DNA of 64,000 bases, taken from assembly GCA_013239625.1 (NCBI GenBank), contig MU053561.1:4571214-4635213 (forward strand), read 5' to 3'. The DNA comes from Lama guanicoe. Taxonomy: Eukaryota. The position numbers were made by a program, and so were the translations under genes. The notes below the pieces were generated by a model. The model was not told the DNA's origin, did no database searches, and saw only the letters and a program-made list of their open reading frames with translations. This document shows positions 36,721-49,967 of this stretch, piece after piece (positions within the stretch are counted from its first letter, which is position 1; every line of letters begins with the position of its first letter).

Positions 36721-39700
36721 GTGAGTTCAGGGTGTTCGTGTAACTGACTCAGCGCGCGCTAGTCCTTAGTGCTGGAAGAACGGCCTTAAAATTTGCTCCC
36801 CCGTCCCTGGCCCCTCTGGTCTCGTTTTCAGGCTGCGGCGCTGGTGGAGGAGGAAACTCGCAGATACCGACCTACTAAGAACTACCTGAGCTACCTGACA
36901 GCCCCAGATTATTCCGCTTTCGAAGTAAGTGTGATGTTTTGAGCCCAGCGTGTGAACCAGGATCCTGTGAATCTTTGTTTTGGATTGAGAGCCTTAGCCA
37001 CGTACATGTAAATTTTAAATTTCAGCTTTAACTGTTGCTTGCTTAGCTACTACTTACGTGTTGTATGGGTATTGTCGGTCAATTGCAAATAGCTACATAG
37101 ATAGCCTTCTCCAGGGTTCTTATTCTGAGACCCACAGAGGACTTTCTGGGACCCTTCGAACTAATAACAATACGAAAATTAGTGTTAACCTGTTTCCGAG
37201 ATAGGTTCATCGCGAAAATTCTCAAATGGATCCTCCTCTCTCTAAGGTCTATTGTGAAACAAGTGATATCGGCTTTTTTTAGTATGTATAAGCCTAATTA
37301 CCTAAGCTTGTGAGAACCACTGGAGGGCGGCCTTTGTATCAAAGCCTAAATATTTACTGAATGTTTGTGAGTGACTGAGGGACAAACCATAACCTAAGTA
37401 ATAAATACTATTTAAATATTTAGCCTAGAATGCACACAAAGTACTACTTAAGGTCTAATCAGCGAAATGAAATGTAAAATGTTATTTCTAAATTAGCGGA
37501 TTGTTTTAGGCATTTTAGTACGTACATGTTCCGGTTTCTTCCCCGTTACAGGTAACCATTTATCTATGAAAGAATTCTGTTATTCAAACGCAGTATTTCT
37601 GCGGAAATAACATGAAAAAAAAATTGGTTAAGTTTTAAAGTAGGAGGGAGATGTTTCTATGCTATGCTGTTTTCCTATGCTTTTTCTAAATGTTATTACC
37701 CAAATATAGATATTACCACATTAAGAGCTAAGTACAGTAATGAGTCCTTATTAGCTTGATTTCTGGAAGTTTCAGATAACAGCATTCAGCCACAAACTTT
37801 TAAATACTTGAACCAGTTTTCTTTTTAGCTTTCTTAAATACAACCTATGCTTCCTATCTTTATCATTAGAATACTGATTTTTTAACCTCTTAATAGTAGG
37901 AGCTAATGGTGTACTGGGCTGGCTATCTCTGTCATATGAGCCCTATGACATATGACATATATGCCCTATGAGCTATATAACTGTATGTTTATTAGCCCAA
38001 TTTTTTCAGATGGGAAAACTGCAGCTTAGAGAGGCTAACTGTTTTGCCCAAGACCTTAACTGCTCTTCAAACTGTCTTTGAAACTGCCTTTCCATTAATT
38101 CACTTAACTGTTACTGATGATCGATTCGATTTGGGTTATTTGGCAACAGATAGGCAGGTTCATACTCAACAGAGCTTACATTGTAGAGTGTGGAGACAGA
38201 CAAATCAGAAAGTACCAGATTATCAAACTATACAGAGAATTCAAGTAGTAATGTGATATAGAGTGACTGGGTGACTCCTTTAGATGGGATGATTGAGGAA
38301 GACCTATGGAAGCAAAGATGCAGATGCTCCATGAGCAGGAATCTTTTTTGTCTCCTTCACCGCTGTTCATCTTAAAGCAGTATCTGGCACACAATGGGCA
38401 CCCATCTATTTGAATAGATAGTTTCAAATTTATCATCTAAATGTATGAAGAGCTTCTAAAGCAGTTTTGTGTAATGAATGCTTACTCTGCCATTCATATG
38501 ACTTAGCCCTGTGAGAGCTGGCTCAGTCTTTGGAGAGTTAAAATTACAGATCTATCACTTACTTGCCATATGAGTTAGGTAAGGGCTCTGATGTTACATG
38601 GTTCAAGATTGCTTGTACTGTATTTTTATAGTTTCTCTCTTATCTAATTGTTAGTTGTTACAGTTCATCTGTCACTGTGCGTAGCCTTCTAGCTAAAATG
38701 CCTCAGTTTTCTGCAGGAAATTAAATGACCATATTTTCTTAGAGCTGTGTGTAACTCAGCAAAAAAAAAAAAACAAAAAAGAAGTGCTTAATGCAAAACT
38801 TTGAAACATGGAATGTGGGCTTCTGGAAGGCCTTTTTTGCTTATTCTTTCATCTAAATGGAATAGGATATTGACCAAAACATCGGACCTAAAGGGATGGA
38901 GCTATACCACATTTTTATGAAAATAGAAAAATTGTTAGAGCAGAAAGCAGAACTAGTTCCTTTTGTTCCTTCCCCTATTTTCCATTCTTTGTGAAGAGTA
39001 AAGTGTGAAAAGAGCAACCGAGACCAAAAAGAAAGCATAGGTTCAGGCTCATAGCTCTTAAGAAAATTATTTTATGTCCAAGTCCTCGCCTCACTTTCCC
39101 CCAGTGAGTACCTAGCTCCGTGGTTCTCAGCACTGGCTTCATTTTACAATCAACTGGTGAGTTAAAAACAAAAGTTATAATCATCTCCACCGCATGGGCT
39201 TAGGGGAGAGGGGTGAGATGTGGCTGGTATTGGACTTGTTTTTGAAGCTCCCATCTGATTCTAAATGTGTTGCTGGGACTGAGAACCACTGATTTAGGTT
39301 TAATCCTTTTCTCTGTGGGCTCCTTTACATATGAAGGGTGTGTGTGCCTGTGCCTTCTCCAGATTCTAGAGAGCATTTAACTCAGAGAAGACTTGGAAGG
39401 GAAATGATCCATCATAATGGATAATAATAAAGTATAAATTCTTAAGTATGTTAGAGTATTTGTTTGGTGGTTATCAATTTCAGTATGTTGATATGATTTT
39501 GGAAATAATTTTTCCTCTAACTTATTCATTAGACTGACATAATGAGAAATGAATTTGAAAGATTGGCTGCCCGACAACCAATTGAATTGCTCAGTATGAA
39601 ACGGTAAGTCCTTTCTGGGCTCAGCTGGGCTCAAATCATTGTTAACTTTCATTTTAATTTATTAGTAAAATTGCTGTAGTCGTGTTAAAATGAATGTGGA

Positions 39701-42700
39701 AAAGAAAAAATTAGTGCTACATATTTATGTTTTTTCATATAATAGTGGCTCATTTAATCCTGTGTTAATGTTCACAAGTATTCTTTGCACCAAAAATGCA
39801 GAATATTTTAAAATCCAACAACAGGGGGATGGTAAATTGTAATGAAGTTCAGGTTTAAGAATTCCCAAGGAAATGTTCTTGATTAGACATGTAGTGCTTC
39901 ACCCTTGGCGGGGGGAGCAGATAATCAGCTTTATTTATTTAATGGAGGTTCCAGGGATAGAACTCAGGACCTCGTACATGCTAAGCATGCACTCTGCCAC
40001 TGATCTATACCCTCCCCCTCAGTGCTTCACTCTTAAACAGGCAACATTAGTAAACTCAGAATGCCTGCATAGTTTTACTTTGGTTCTACCAGCTCCCTTC
40101 CCATTACCACTTTCCTACAAAACTTTTTCTCCTTCCTCAGGGAAAAAAATCAAAACACCCTTGTTACTTGCTCTAAAATGGAGAATTGGATTGCTTTACA
40201 TCTGAGGTCCTTTTCAGCTCTGGGTAACCATGAAATTATGACAACCACTAAGTAATCTGTCGTAACAGGAAGGCCACGTGAACAATAGAGGTATCTTCTC
40301 AGCATATATGCAGATTATAAGAGGGATTTGAGTCTATAGAACCAGAGGACCAGATTTCTTCTTTTCTCGTGCTCTGTTTCCAAATGATAAAGGCAGGAAA
40401 ATTTCCAGAACTACTGAGTTCTCCCATTTGCAGGTGCTTCTGCTCTAAAGATTTTCATGATAGTAACTCCTTTATGACTACATTTCAAACCCATAAGTAG
40501 ATCATGATTCATTAAGCAGCAAATTGTGAGGTAAGTTTGGGAAATACCAGAATGCATTGCATGTAAAAGTAACTGTTGTCTTATGAAACTTCTGTTCAAC
40601 TATGTGTATTGGATCACAGTGTAAAATATTTCTTACTGTGGGTTATGGTTAGAAGTTCCAAAAATGTTATATTTATGATGCATGTATAAAGCTTGCTTTT
40701 TTGTTTTTTAAACAAAATGATTTATCACTTCTTAATCCCAGTTGCACATCCCTCAGTTTTTCATAGGAATAATTTATAGTTTTTAAGGGATCTAGTAAAA
40801 ATAACAAAATGAAAATCAAAAGTTAGTTTGTAGTAACTCAGTATTGATGCTAAGTCTTATTTGTAAATTGATTGTTTCATAGGATAAATAGGTGTGTTAT
40901 TATCGTAAAGTCTGCATCTTACATTCGGTCTTCTGTCGTTTTTACAGTGTGCATAGACCCTTGAGGCATTCTGTTGGGAGGAGAGAGAAAGGTTTGGAGG
41001 AATATGTGGCTTTATTTCACTGTTGTTTAATTTCAGATATGAACTTCCGGCCCCTTCCTCGGGTCAGAAAAATGACATTACTGCATGGCAAGAGTGCGTA
41101 AACAATTCTATGGCCCAGTTAGAGCATCAAGCGGTTCGAATTGAGAACCTGGAACTAATGTCACAGCATGGATGCAATGCCTGGAAAGTATATAATGAGT
41201 AAGAAGCTTTCTTTTTTAAACCCATCCCACCTATATAGTCTTGCTATTTTTATTTTTTTATATGGAAAATAGGGTAGGGCAAGTGAGATAAAACTGGGAC
41301 AATGTCCTAGAACAACCCATATGAAAGGCTGCTGCCTTGAGACCCATCTCACAGTTAGTTTGAGAATACTAAGGAAACCTAAACTATCCTAACACATTAA
41401 TTGTATAATATTGCAATGATGAGTTCTGAGGTCTGATTTACAAGTCACAACTTGGTAGAATGTAATCCTTAATGTGGAGAGTTGCTTATATAGTCATCTC
41501 TCATTAGTTGCATGTTCTGCTTTATAAAGTGGCCCTTGAATGCTGAATTAGCAAATATAGTACCATTTCTCCTGGGAGAAATAAGTACATATGTATATGT
41601 ACACATCTTACCTAGGTTTTAATCTTTAATCCTTTAAAGCAAATCACCCTGGCAGATTCTGTTTTCTTTATTTTATTTTTAAAAAAAGACTTCAGAAGTG
41701 TTAAGTGACTTGCCAGAGTTGAAAATTAAACTCCATCCTTTGCTCATCCTTGTATGAGACCTGAATCAAGAAGGCAGAGTGTCTCCTTGTTCCACTCCAG
41801 CTGGAAATTTGCATGTCCAGCCACTCAGGCTTTTTGCTGCTCTGAGCATGTACATGAATGATCGCAAAACACTACAAGTATTGATTTTGGGGTTACAAAT
41901 AAATTTGAGTGAGTAGGCAAATTCACAAGTACATAATCTGCAAATAATGTGAATTAGCTGTAAGTAGAGAATTAACACCAGAAACAAAGTGCCAAAATAA
42001 GCCACTGAGCTCCTATTTCTGTTCCATGTGACTAGCCTAAGCTTTAGGCTTTGTTATCATTTAGGGTTCAATTTCCTATTTGTAGAATTTGGTGGTTAGA
42101 TTTTCTCCATGGCCTCCATGGGTAAAACTGTTGTTAGGACATGATTCCTGAGACAGTAAAGCAAAATCACAAAGTGATAAATACCCTTTCTCAAGTTTTC
42201 AGAATCATGTTTAAATTTCTGTGGCCACAGAAGGACCTGGGAGCAATATCCAGAATTTGGGAGATGACAGAACAAAAAATTCAGTTAATATTGTGAATAT
42301 GTTACAAGAGAAATAAAGGAAAAAAGGAGTGGGGTGGTTAAGAAATTTAAGAGAGCAAATCAAAAAAGTCTGTATTTCATAAAGTGGAAAAACGTGATCT
42401 TTGTCCTCAAGAAGCTTTATCTAGTTGAGGAGGCAGCATAGTCTGCGAGGTAACCAGCAGTTCATTTTCGGCAGGACGGGGGCAAGTGCTGCATTGCATG
42501 CTGTGGTCTGTAAACTACAGAGACCCAAAGAAGGGGCGTTAAGGGTTAGGGTCGTTATAGAAGGGTTGGGTTTGTTTTGTTTTGTTTCGTTTTAATTGAA
42601 GTATAGTTGACTTACAATATTGTGTTAGCTTCACTTATATAACATAGTGATTCAGTATTTTTGCAGATAGTACTGTATTATAGGTTATTGCAGGATAACG

Positions 42701-45700
42701 GATGTGATCCCCTGTGCTATACAGTATATCCTTGTTACTTGTCTGTTTTATATATAGTAGTGTGTATCTGTTAATCCCATACCCCTAATTTGTCCCCCCT
42801 CACCACGTTTTGTAACTGTAAGTTTATATTCTAGATCTGTGAGTTTGTTTCTGTTTTGCATACAGATTCATTTGTATTGAATCCATACATAAGTGATATC
42901 AGACAATATTTCTCTCTCTCTGATTTATTTCACTAAGTATAATCTCTAGGGCCAGCCACCTTGCTGCATGTGGCAGTATTTCCTTTTTTATGGCTGAGTA
43001 ATATTTGTGTGTGTGTGTGTGTGTGCGGCGCGCGCGTGTGTATGTGCATAATCCAGTCATCTGTTAATGGACACTTGGGTTGCTTCTGTATCTTGGCTAT
43101 TGTAAGTAGTGCTGCTGTAAACACTGAGGTGCGTGTATCTTTTCAAATTAGAGTTTCTTCCAGGTAGATGCCCATGAGTGGGATTGCTGGAGGTGCCTAG
43201 TTTTTTGAGGGACCTCCATGCTGTTTTCCACAGTGGCTGTACCAGTTTACATTCCCAACAGTGTACAAGAGTTCTAAAAAATAGCATGAGATTTGGATGC
43301 TTAGGGGAGAGTGAGAACATTCCAGGAATGGAGGAAAACATAGATGCGGGGGGGGGACATTAAATTATAGAGAACGTTGCCTTCAACTTGCCTAGAAACC
43401 TTTAATAGTATTCTCTTACCTGCAAGGTAAAGTCTAGACTATTTGATATGACATTCAAAGCAAAAGGCTGTACCTCAGTTACAGACTTTCACTCCAGCCA
43501 GACTATCCTCTCTCTGGTGATTATCATAAACCCTGCCTCCAAGCCTTTACTCATGCCTTGCCTCCTCCTGGAATACCTTTAACTATTCTACCCAAATTCA
43601 ACTTATTGAAGGCCCAACTCTAATCTGCTTCATTGTCTTCCCTGACTGAACTTCTGCCTCTGGTACTCTCTCCCTCTTCTGAGTAACTACACAAACTGTT
43701 ATGCACATCAGTTGTTTTCCATTTGATCATGTAACACTTTACAGTGTTGGCCATTCCCCTGAGTAAATTCTGTCTCCTCCAAACCCAACAGATGCTTCTC
43801 CAGAGGTGGTGTACTGTATCTTCTCAAAGTAAATTTTCTCTCCTCATGAAAAGATTTGAGGGTGTCAAAGCTAGGCAGAAATCTTTTAGCTCTAAGTAGG
43901 TCTTGGTGCTAAAATAAATTAGGAGAGGATTCTGTACTTGAAAATGAAGGGAAACCTTCAAAGTCAGACCCCAGTTTTACAGATAAGCAGATTTAGCCCC
44001 AGTAATATCAAGTGACTCATCCAAGGGCACATAACTATTTAGGGCAGAGCGGGGACTAGAACCCAAACCTCTGACTTCCATAATTCAGTGCTGTAAGTTT
44101 CAGCATTCAGAGTGCTTGAGGAGGGACCTGTATGCTTAAGAGGGAGGATGAAAGAAGGGAGAAGGCAGCAAATAAACTGAGTGTCTAACATGGTGTTTGG
44201 CATGGAGACCTCAGTAAAAACTAACTATTTTTAGCAGAAAAACTTGACCTTTTATGAACTAGATGGTTCACTTTTAGTTGGTACTATTTGAACTTAATGT
44301 ACATTAATCTGATTTTCCTCTTTTCCTTCCTTAGGAATCTAGTTCATATGATTGAACACGCACAGAAGGAGCTCCAGAAGTTAAGGTAAATTGTCTTTCT
44401 TCTTATTTTAGAGTAAAGTTTATTTGAATCCTTAATAAAATGAGAAGAATTTTGAATTTTGAAATCCCAGTCAAAATTGTAGAACAGATAAACAAGATTA
44501 CACTGTATAGCACAGGGAAATATACACAAAATGTTATGATAAATCACAGAGAAAAAAATGTGACAATGAGTATGTAAATGTCCATGTATGACTGAAAAAT
44601 TGTACTGAACACTGGAATTTGACACAACACTGTAAAATGATTATGAATCAATAAAAATGTTAAAAAAATAAAATAAAATAAAGATATAATACACCNNNNN
44701 NNNNNNNNNNNNNNNNNNNNNNNNNNNNNNNNNNNNNNNNNNNNNNNNNNNNNNNNNNNNNNNNNNNNNNNNNNNNNNNNNAAAAAAAAATAAAATAAAT
44801 AAATAAAATGAGAAGAAAAAAGAACCAACGGACTATAGTCTTACAACAGTAGAGAGCTGATAATCCACTCTTTGTCCAGTATCTAGTGTTGGGTTTGCAC
44901 TACCTGAGTGGAGGAGAAATAGACCTGAGGTCTAAAAACATCTCTGCTGGGTCATTTGCAGTTTGCAAGTCTGCAGACATTGAAAAGTCACTTTTAGAAG
45001 GGAAAACAATTGTTGAATAATATGTATAATCTCATTTATGTAAAAAAAAAAAAACTAATCTCTACATGCACATACACATGTAGGAAAGAATATGGAAGGA
45101 TACCCACCAAAAACTGAATAAAAGTTAACAGGGAAAAGGAGAAGCACACGGAAGGAGGGATTTTCGATTTTTAATCTGTGTGTGTCTGTTTAATTCTCCA
45201 CAGTGAGCATGAAATTTGTAATTGAAAAATAATTCGAAGAAAATTAATTACTGGAATTAGTCTATGACTGCTATATTATCTATTCTCAAGGGATTAAAGA
45301 AGTGTTACATAAATTACAGATTTTTGTGCTAATTTTAGTCTTACGTTAAAATATAGATGGGTTGTATAAACCATTTTTTTTTTACAGGAAACATATTCAA
45401 GATTTAAACTGGCAGCGAAAGAACATGCAACTCACAGCTGGATCTAAATTAAGAGAAATGGAATCAACGTGAGTACCTATAATTCCATCATCTTTTAAAT
45501 TGTTTAGCACGTTTTAATATAAGATTCAACAATGTGATTCAAACAGCGTTCAAATGGGATGCCACAAGTGTTGAAGAAATGCTGTTTTCTGAATCCTACT
45601 CTTGACTGCCTCTAGGTCTTTCCGAAGCATGGGCGTGGAAGGAAATGAGAGAGTTACAAACAGAAACTGAACCACTGCTAATTGATTCTGGCCTTAGATC

Positions 45701-46689
45701 ACCCTTTTTCTGTCCAGTTTTTCTGCTCTGAATAGGATTCTACCTATATCCTCCTTTTAAAAGGAAAAAAAATTTATTTTTTAACCCTTGCAGGAGGGAG
45801 ATTTCATACTTTCTTTATAATTTGCCTTGTCTCAGGGTTGTTTTCCTCTGTTTATACATTTTGTTTTTAAATTTGTTCTTCATATACTCAAATAAGTTTA
45901 TACAAATCTCTGAAAACGATCATGAGTTTTGTATCATTTCTTTTTTGATTTGCCCTTTCCCTAACCTCCCTCCCTCCATCACCCACATTATTCTCCTTGT
46001 TCCACCTTCCCATCCCCCTCCAAGTCTCCAGTGTTATCAGTTATGCATCTTTCCACACTGTTCTTTCAAACTTATTTCTTCTACGTGGACTTCTGTCTAC
46101 ATGAGTGTTTCTTTTCATTTGTCCTGGAGATTTTTTTCTGAGGGAAAGAGAAGGCTCCTTGAATCTGTGGAATTTTTTCTAACAGTTGTAGGAATTTCTT
46201 CATCATTTTTCTTTAACTACTGCCTCTGCCCTATTTTTCTCTTCTTCTCTCTTAGCCCAATTAAATACCAACTTCAATCACTTTTCTTATCTCTTCAGCT
46301 TTTTCTCATTTGCTTTTTTTAATTAAACTTTTTATTTTGAGGTAATTGTAGTAGGTTCACGTGCAATTTTAAGAAATTGTAATACAGAGAGGTCCTGTGT
46401 ACCCTTTACTCATTTGCCCCCCAATTGTGCCTCAGTTTTTGAAAATGGGAAGTTAATAGTGAAGGTTAGTGTTATGACCCTGGATGAAAATGTGTATACT
46501 ATAAAAAACCTTGTGAGAGAAATGTTGTGTCAAGTATTTTTCCCCCTTTTTTTCTTTTCTAGTTGGGTATCCCTGGTCAGTAAGAATTATGAGATTGAAA
46601 GGACTATTGTACAATTAGAAAATGAACTGTTTCAAATGAAGCAACAGCATGGAGAGGCAAACAAAGAAAACATACGGCAAGACTTCTGA
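36628..46689 (+). CDS. BCAS2: Pre-mRNA-splicing factor SPF27 (PRP19/CDC5L complex), 7 exons, 225 aa
   Basis: Exons of 93+93+71+162+51+81+127 = 678 nt join in frame: [23 protein letters not shown]...KENIRQDF*. Confidence 0.98.
36832..36924 (+). CDS. BCAS2: BCAS2 exon 2
   Basis: tttcag|[34 protein letters not shown]; donor gtaagt. Confidence 0.96.
39118..39291. mobile_element. MER5A-like hAT-Charlie DNA transposon
   Basis: TIRs ccgtggttctca / tgagaaccactg, about 175 bp. Confidence 0.75.
39533..39603 (+). CDS. BCAS2: BCAS2 exon 3
   Basis: cattag|[27 protein letters not shown]; donor CG|gtaagt. Confidence 0.96.
39907..40020 (-). mobile_element. Vic-1-like SINE with 14-bp TSD
   Basis: TSD agtgcttcac(c/t)ctt at 39893 and 40021. 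Confidence 0.9.
41037..41198 (+). CDS. BCAS2: BCAS2 exon 4
   Basis: tttcag|[35 protein letters not shown]...NAWKVYNE; donor gtaaga. Confidence 0.96.
41491..41960 (-). mobile_element. Tigger-family DNA transposon (MER82-like)
   Basis: TA-flanked; reverse strand matches recalled MER82 (...gaatttgcctactcactcaaatttatttgtaaccccaaaatcaatact...). Confidence 0.7.
42570..43270 (-). mobile_element. L1 3' end with internal (TG)n(CG)n tract
   Basis: Minus ORFs [11 protein letters not shown]..., [16 protein letters not shown] (L1 ORF2 C-terminus); ttgaagtatagttgacttacaat tail. Confidence 0.9.
44335..44385 (+). CDS. BCAS2: BCAS2 exon 5
   Basis: ccttag|[21 protein letters not shown]; donor gtaaat. Confidence 0.95.
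44450..44801 (+). mobile_element. Young 5'-truncated L1 3' end with 16-bp TSD, spanning the gap
   Basis: TSD aataaaatgagaagaa at 44434 and 44802; tgtatagcacagggaaatat motif; A-rich tails. Confidence 0.85.
44696..44781. other. Assembly gap (86 N)
   Basis: Run of n. Confidence 1.
45388..45468 (+). CDS. BCAS2: BCAS2 exon 6
   Basis: ttacag|[31 protein letters not shown]; donor gtgagt. Confidence 0.95.
46563..46689 (+). CDS. BCAS2: BCAS2 exon 7 coding part
   Basis: ttctag|[25 protein letters not shown]...[11 protein letters not shown]. Confidence 0.96.
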
Positions 46690-46845
46690 AAGACTTGATC
46701 TGGTGAGTAGAAAGGAAGGTGTGTTGGACTTTCACAGAAGATCAGACATCTGAAGAAACAAGTCTTAAGGAAATCATCAGTGATAAATAAGTGTTTAGAA
46801 ATCATAGAATGTGAACTGTAACATTCTGTTTGTACATTTTAGCAA

Positions 46846-47065
46846 AATAAAAAATTTCAGTACAGTGGGTTTTTTGATTTTGTTTTTACCATTAAGAAAA
46901 AAAACTTCAGACTTTCAAAATAAGTATGACTTAAGAATAATGTTATATTCATAGAATTAATTTTGAACCACCAGGACCATATTTTGTACCCAGGAGATCT
47001 TTATTGAAAGTTTTCAACATATACAAGAAGTTGGAAACTTCTGGTTTATAAGTATTTCAAATAAA
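46846..47065 (+). terminator. BCAS2: Candidate BCAS2 poly(A) signals (AATAAA 46846-46851 and 47060-47065)
   Basis: The first has upstream TGTA motifs and a downstream GU/U-rich tract (gtgggttttttt). Confidence 0.6.
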
Positions 47066-48745
47066 GAGGTAGTTCTAAACAGATTCTGGATTACCAAACA
47101 ATACTAAAGAAATACAGTGGCTCCATGTATGTTATCTGTGACCATCATTATCATAGGTGACACATAAGGCTTAGTATGTGCTGAGCACTGTTCTAAGCAC
47201 TTCAGATAGATGAACTAAATTTACGTGAATATAACTTGATCTTCACAAAAGCCCATGGGAGTAGGTACTGTTGTGTCCATGCATGGACTGTAACAGGTGC
47301 TAATTAAATAACTTGCCCAAGTTGTATTAGCTAGAAAGTGTCATCCAGATTTTGAACACAGTAGTCTAGCACCATGGTGTGTTCTTACCCCTCTACTTGT
47401 AAGGAATTAAAAAGTGTAAAGGATTCCTGCTCAATTCAGAAAAAATACTTGGAACTTATCAAAGGATAAGTAATCTTCATGTACAAAGACCTTTTACAAA
47501 TCACTGAGATGTGAACTACCAGGAAAAAAGAGATGTTTAGCATTAATACAAATTAAACGTAAAATTTTTTAAAACTATTATGTTGATAATTGTGAGTGCT
47601 TTTTTTTTTAAGATATAATTGACAATATTATGGCTCAATGCTTTTGAAGGTACATGTTTTCCTGAAGGAAACCAGATTACAGAATAATGTGTATAATATC
47701 CCATTTATGACTTTTTTAAAAATTGTCTTCAATTTTTGTATATTTTGACACACATACCTTCTCTACTCAATGTGGATTTCATACATGAGCTGTTGGGGTG
47801 TTCACATTATAAGGTGGAGCTGATACTATCCAGCAGTTCGATTTTTCTCATCTTTTATAGCAGTATTTATATAATTTATTGAATATTTTTATAAATTACT
47901 CTTTAAAATAAAGTGACTGGGAAATGAATATGAGATATACTGGAAGTGACAAATCTTTAGCCTCAGAAGTTCAGTGGTCTTGAGCAGTTGACTACTCAAT
48001 TACAGAGGACAGTAAATTTGAGAAATGCATGAAGCACTTACGAAACATTGTCAAAAAAGGTATAGTGATGAAGTTTAAAATCTTTCAGGATTTAGAATCA
48101 GCATCCAACGTGCATCGCAATGGTCTAAACCCTGGGGAAAGTTCAGTGGTGTGTTAAAACTGTTGTAGATTAATGCTTGCTACATATTTCTTTATGTTGA
48201 GGGTGGGGCGGTAAGGAATTACATTTTAATTTTCTCAACAGATTTTTTTTTTTTTTAAGATGGATTAATAGACTTTTCAAAGGTGGCCACACTGATGGGG
48301 AAAAGTACTAATGTGATTTAGGATTTTTCTGTGTTCTAGCTTTCTGGGAGCAGCAGCCTTCTCCCACCTTCCCCATTTTTATTTCTAACTTTTCTAAATT
48401 TATTTAAGAATTTATATATAAAAGGTAAGTAACTTTCCCTCATGAGCAAATGTCTGAAAGGTTGTACACTAAATATTTTAACTGGCTAAAGAGCTATGAA
48501 TGACTTCAAGAGTTCCATGAAGTACTTCACATCCTGTGTAAAGTTTTTTATGTATGTGTGCATTTTTTAGTAGAGTGTGTAATTTGCATCAGTTTCCCAA
48601 GGGGGTCTGAATGCAAGAAAGAGCCTGTCTCCCTGGTAGACATGATTATTGTGTCACATCATTTTATCATCCTCTGTCCTCTTCCTTCTCCGCAACCAGA
48701 TTCAGCTTAGCTGAACTACATCTTTTTTTGAACAAGAAGCCCATT

Positions 48746-49116
48746 ATTTTAGTTTTCATCTACACTGGCAAGACTGAATGATTGGATAGAAAGCACATGG
48801 TCACTGGCAAGGTGAAAAGAGGATATGAATGTTGTGGAAGTTGTGGAGTGTTTTGAGTCAAGGAATAATAGCAGGACCAGCAGGAAGATCAGTATTGCTG
48901 ACTGTGGACAACTCTAATAAATTTGATTCATGTTTGATATTAACCACCAGACCATTTCTTCTGTAGCTCAAGAGAACTCTTTCACTCCTGCCTACTCACA
49001 GTCTGCTGTAGTCTTGGTGCTGTTGCTGAAGTTCTTTGGTCCCTGTTTTCCTTAGCACAAGTCTAGCTGGAATGCAGAGTTAAGTTTATGATTATGATAT
49101 AATGACAACAACAGCA
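48746..49116 (+). pseudogene. PPIA: 5'-truncated processed pseudogene of cyclophilin A
   Basis: Translates [52 protein letters not shown] (cf. [52 protein letters not shown]), then the PPIA 3'UTR (ttaaccaccaga...ctagctgga..gcagagttaagtttatgattatga). No intron; flanking repeat aagcccatt at 48737 and 49117. Confidence 0.92.
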
Positions 49117-49967
49117 AAGCCCATTCTGCAAAATCTGGGGTTGGGGAGATCTGTTACATTTAAAATCAATCAAAATATCTTCAGGCTCTTCAACATCAGC
49201 TCTGGAAGATAGAATACAATGGAGCAGTGCCTTCAGAATTCTTATGCAAAATTTCCAACCTAGGACTCTACGTAGTCAAATTATCAGTTAACTGTGGGGA
49301 TAGAATAAAAACCTTTTCTGTCAAGTGAGATCTTGAAAGCATTTACATCCTCAGCATGTTAAGGAGCTACTGGAGAATGGACTCCTGATCCAACACAGGC
49401 AAAGGTAAAAGGACTCTTCCAAGGAGATTGGTAAAAGAGGATCCCAGGATTATATCTGTACACTCAACAGAGGGCGACCAGTTCATGTTGGAATAGTGTG
49501 ACTCAAGAAAACATTTTGAGAGCTCTCATCACAAAGATGCCTACTACCATGGCACCATCTTTATATCCTGAGGAGCAGGATGCCCACATGAGCCTGGCCC
49601 ACATTGCTGACCTACTCTTGGCTCGCTCTATGTCCCGATGAAGTTCCTGTTCCTTCCTTGACATGCTGAAAGTGTTCTGCTATGTCCTACTTCTGTGTGG
49701 CTTAGAAGTAGAAAATTCATAGGAGTTTATCTCCAACATATTCCTGCCAAATGTGCAGTCCCTAGCCTACATCCCGGCCTGGCCAGAGAGCCCAGTGATG
49801 CTGAGTCCTTTGTCTCCCAGGATTCACTTTTATAGCCTTGTCCCCTAACTTCTTGAGAATAGGTTCTTATAGCTGTTAGGGAAGCCACAGCCAGACCATG
49901 GCCTACAGATTGTTCAGCTTATTTTCTCCCAGAGGTCTTCATGCAACCCCATTGAAATATTGCCTTC

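Larger units (their letters stand above)
36090..36950 (+). promoter_or_regulatory. BCAS2: BCAS2 CpG-island promoter with CRE palindrome, YY1, NRF1-like and TATA-like elements
   Basis: CpG-rich; TGACGTCA 36440-36447; CAAAATGGCCGC 36461-36472; GAGCATGCGC 36515-36524; TATTTAA 36574-36580 upstream of ATG 36628. Confidence 0.85.

Noticed and set aside
45822..46322. 166-aa hydrophobic ORF in BCAS2 intron 6
   Set aside because: Low-complexity T-rich antisense L1-derived sequence with a non-ATG start.
48746..49116. TRIM-Cyp-type fusion using the PPIA retrocopy
   Set aside because: The copy is truncated with a stop and frameshift, and no TRIM exons lie upstream of it in this window.
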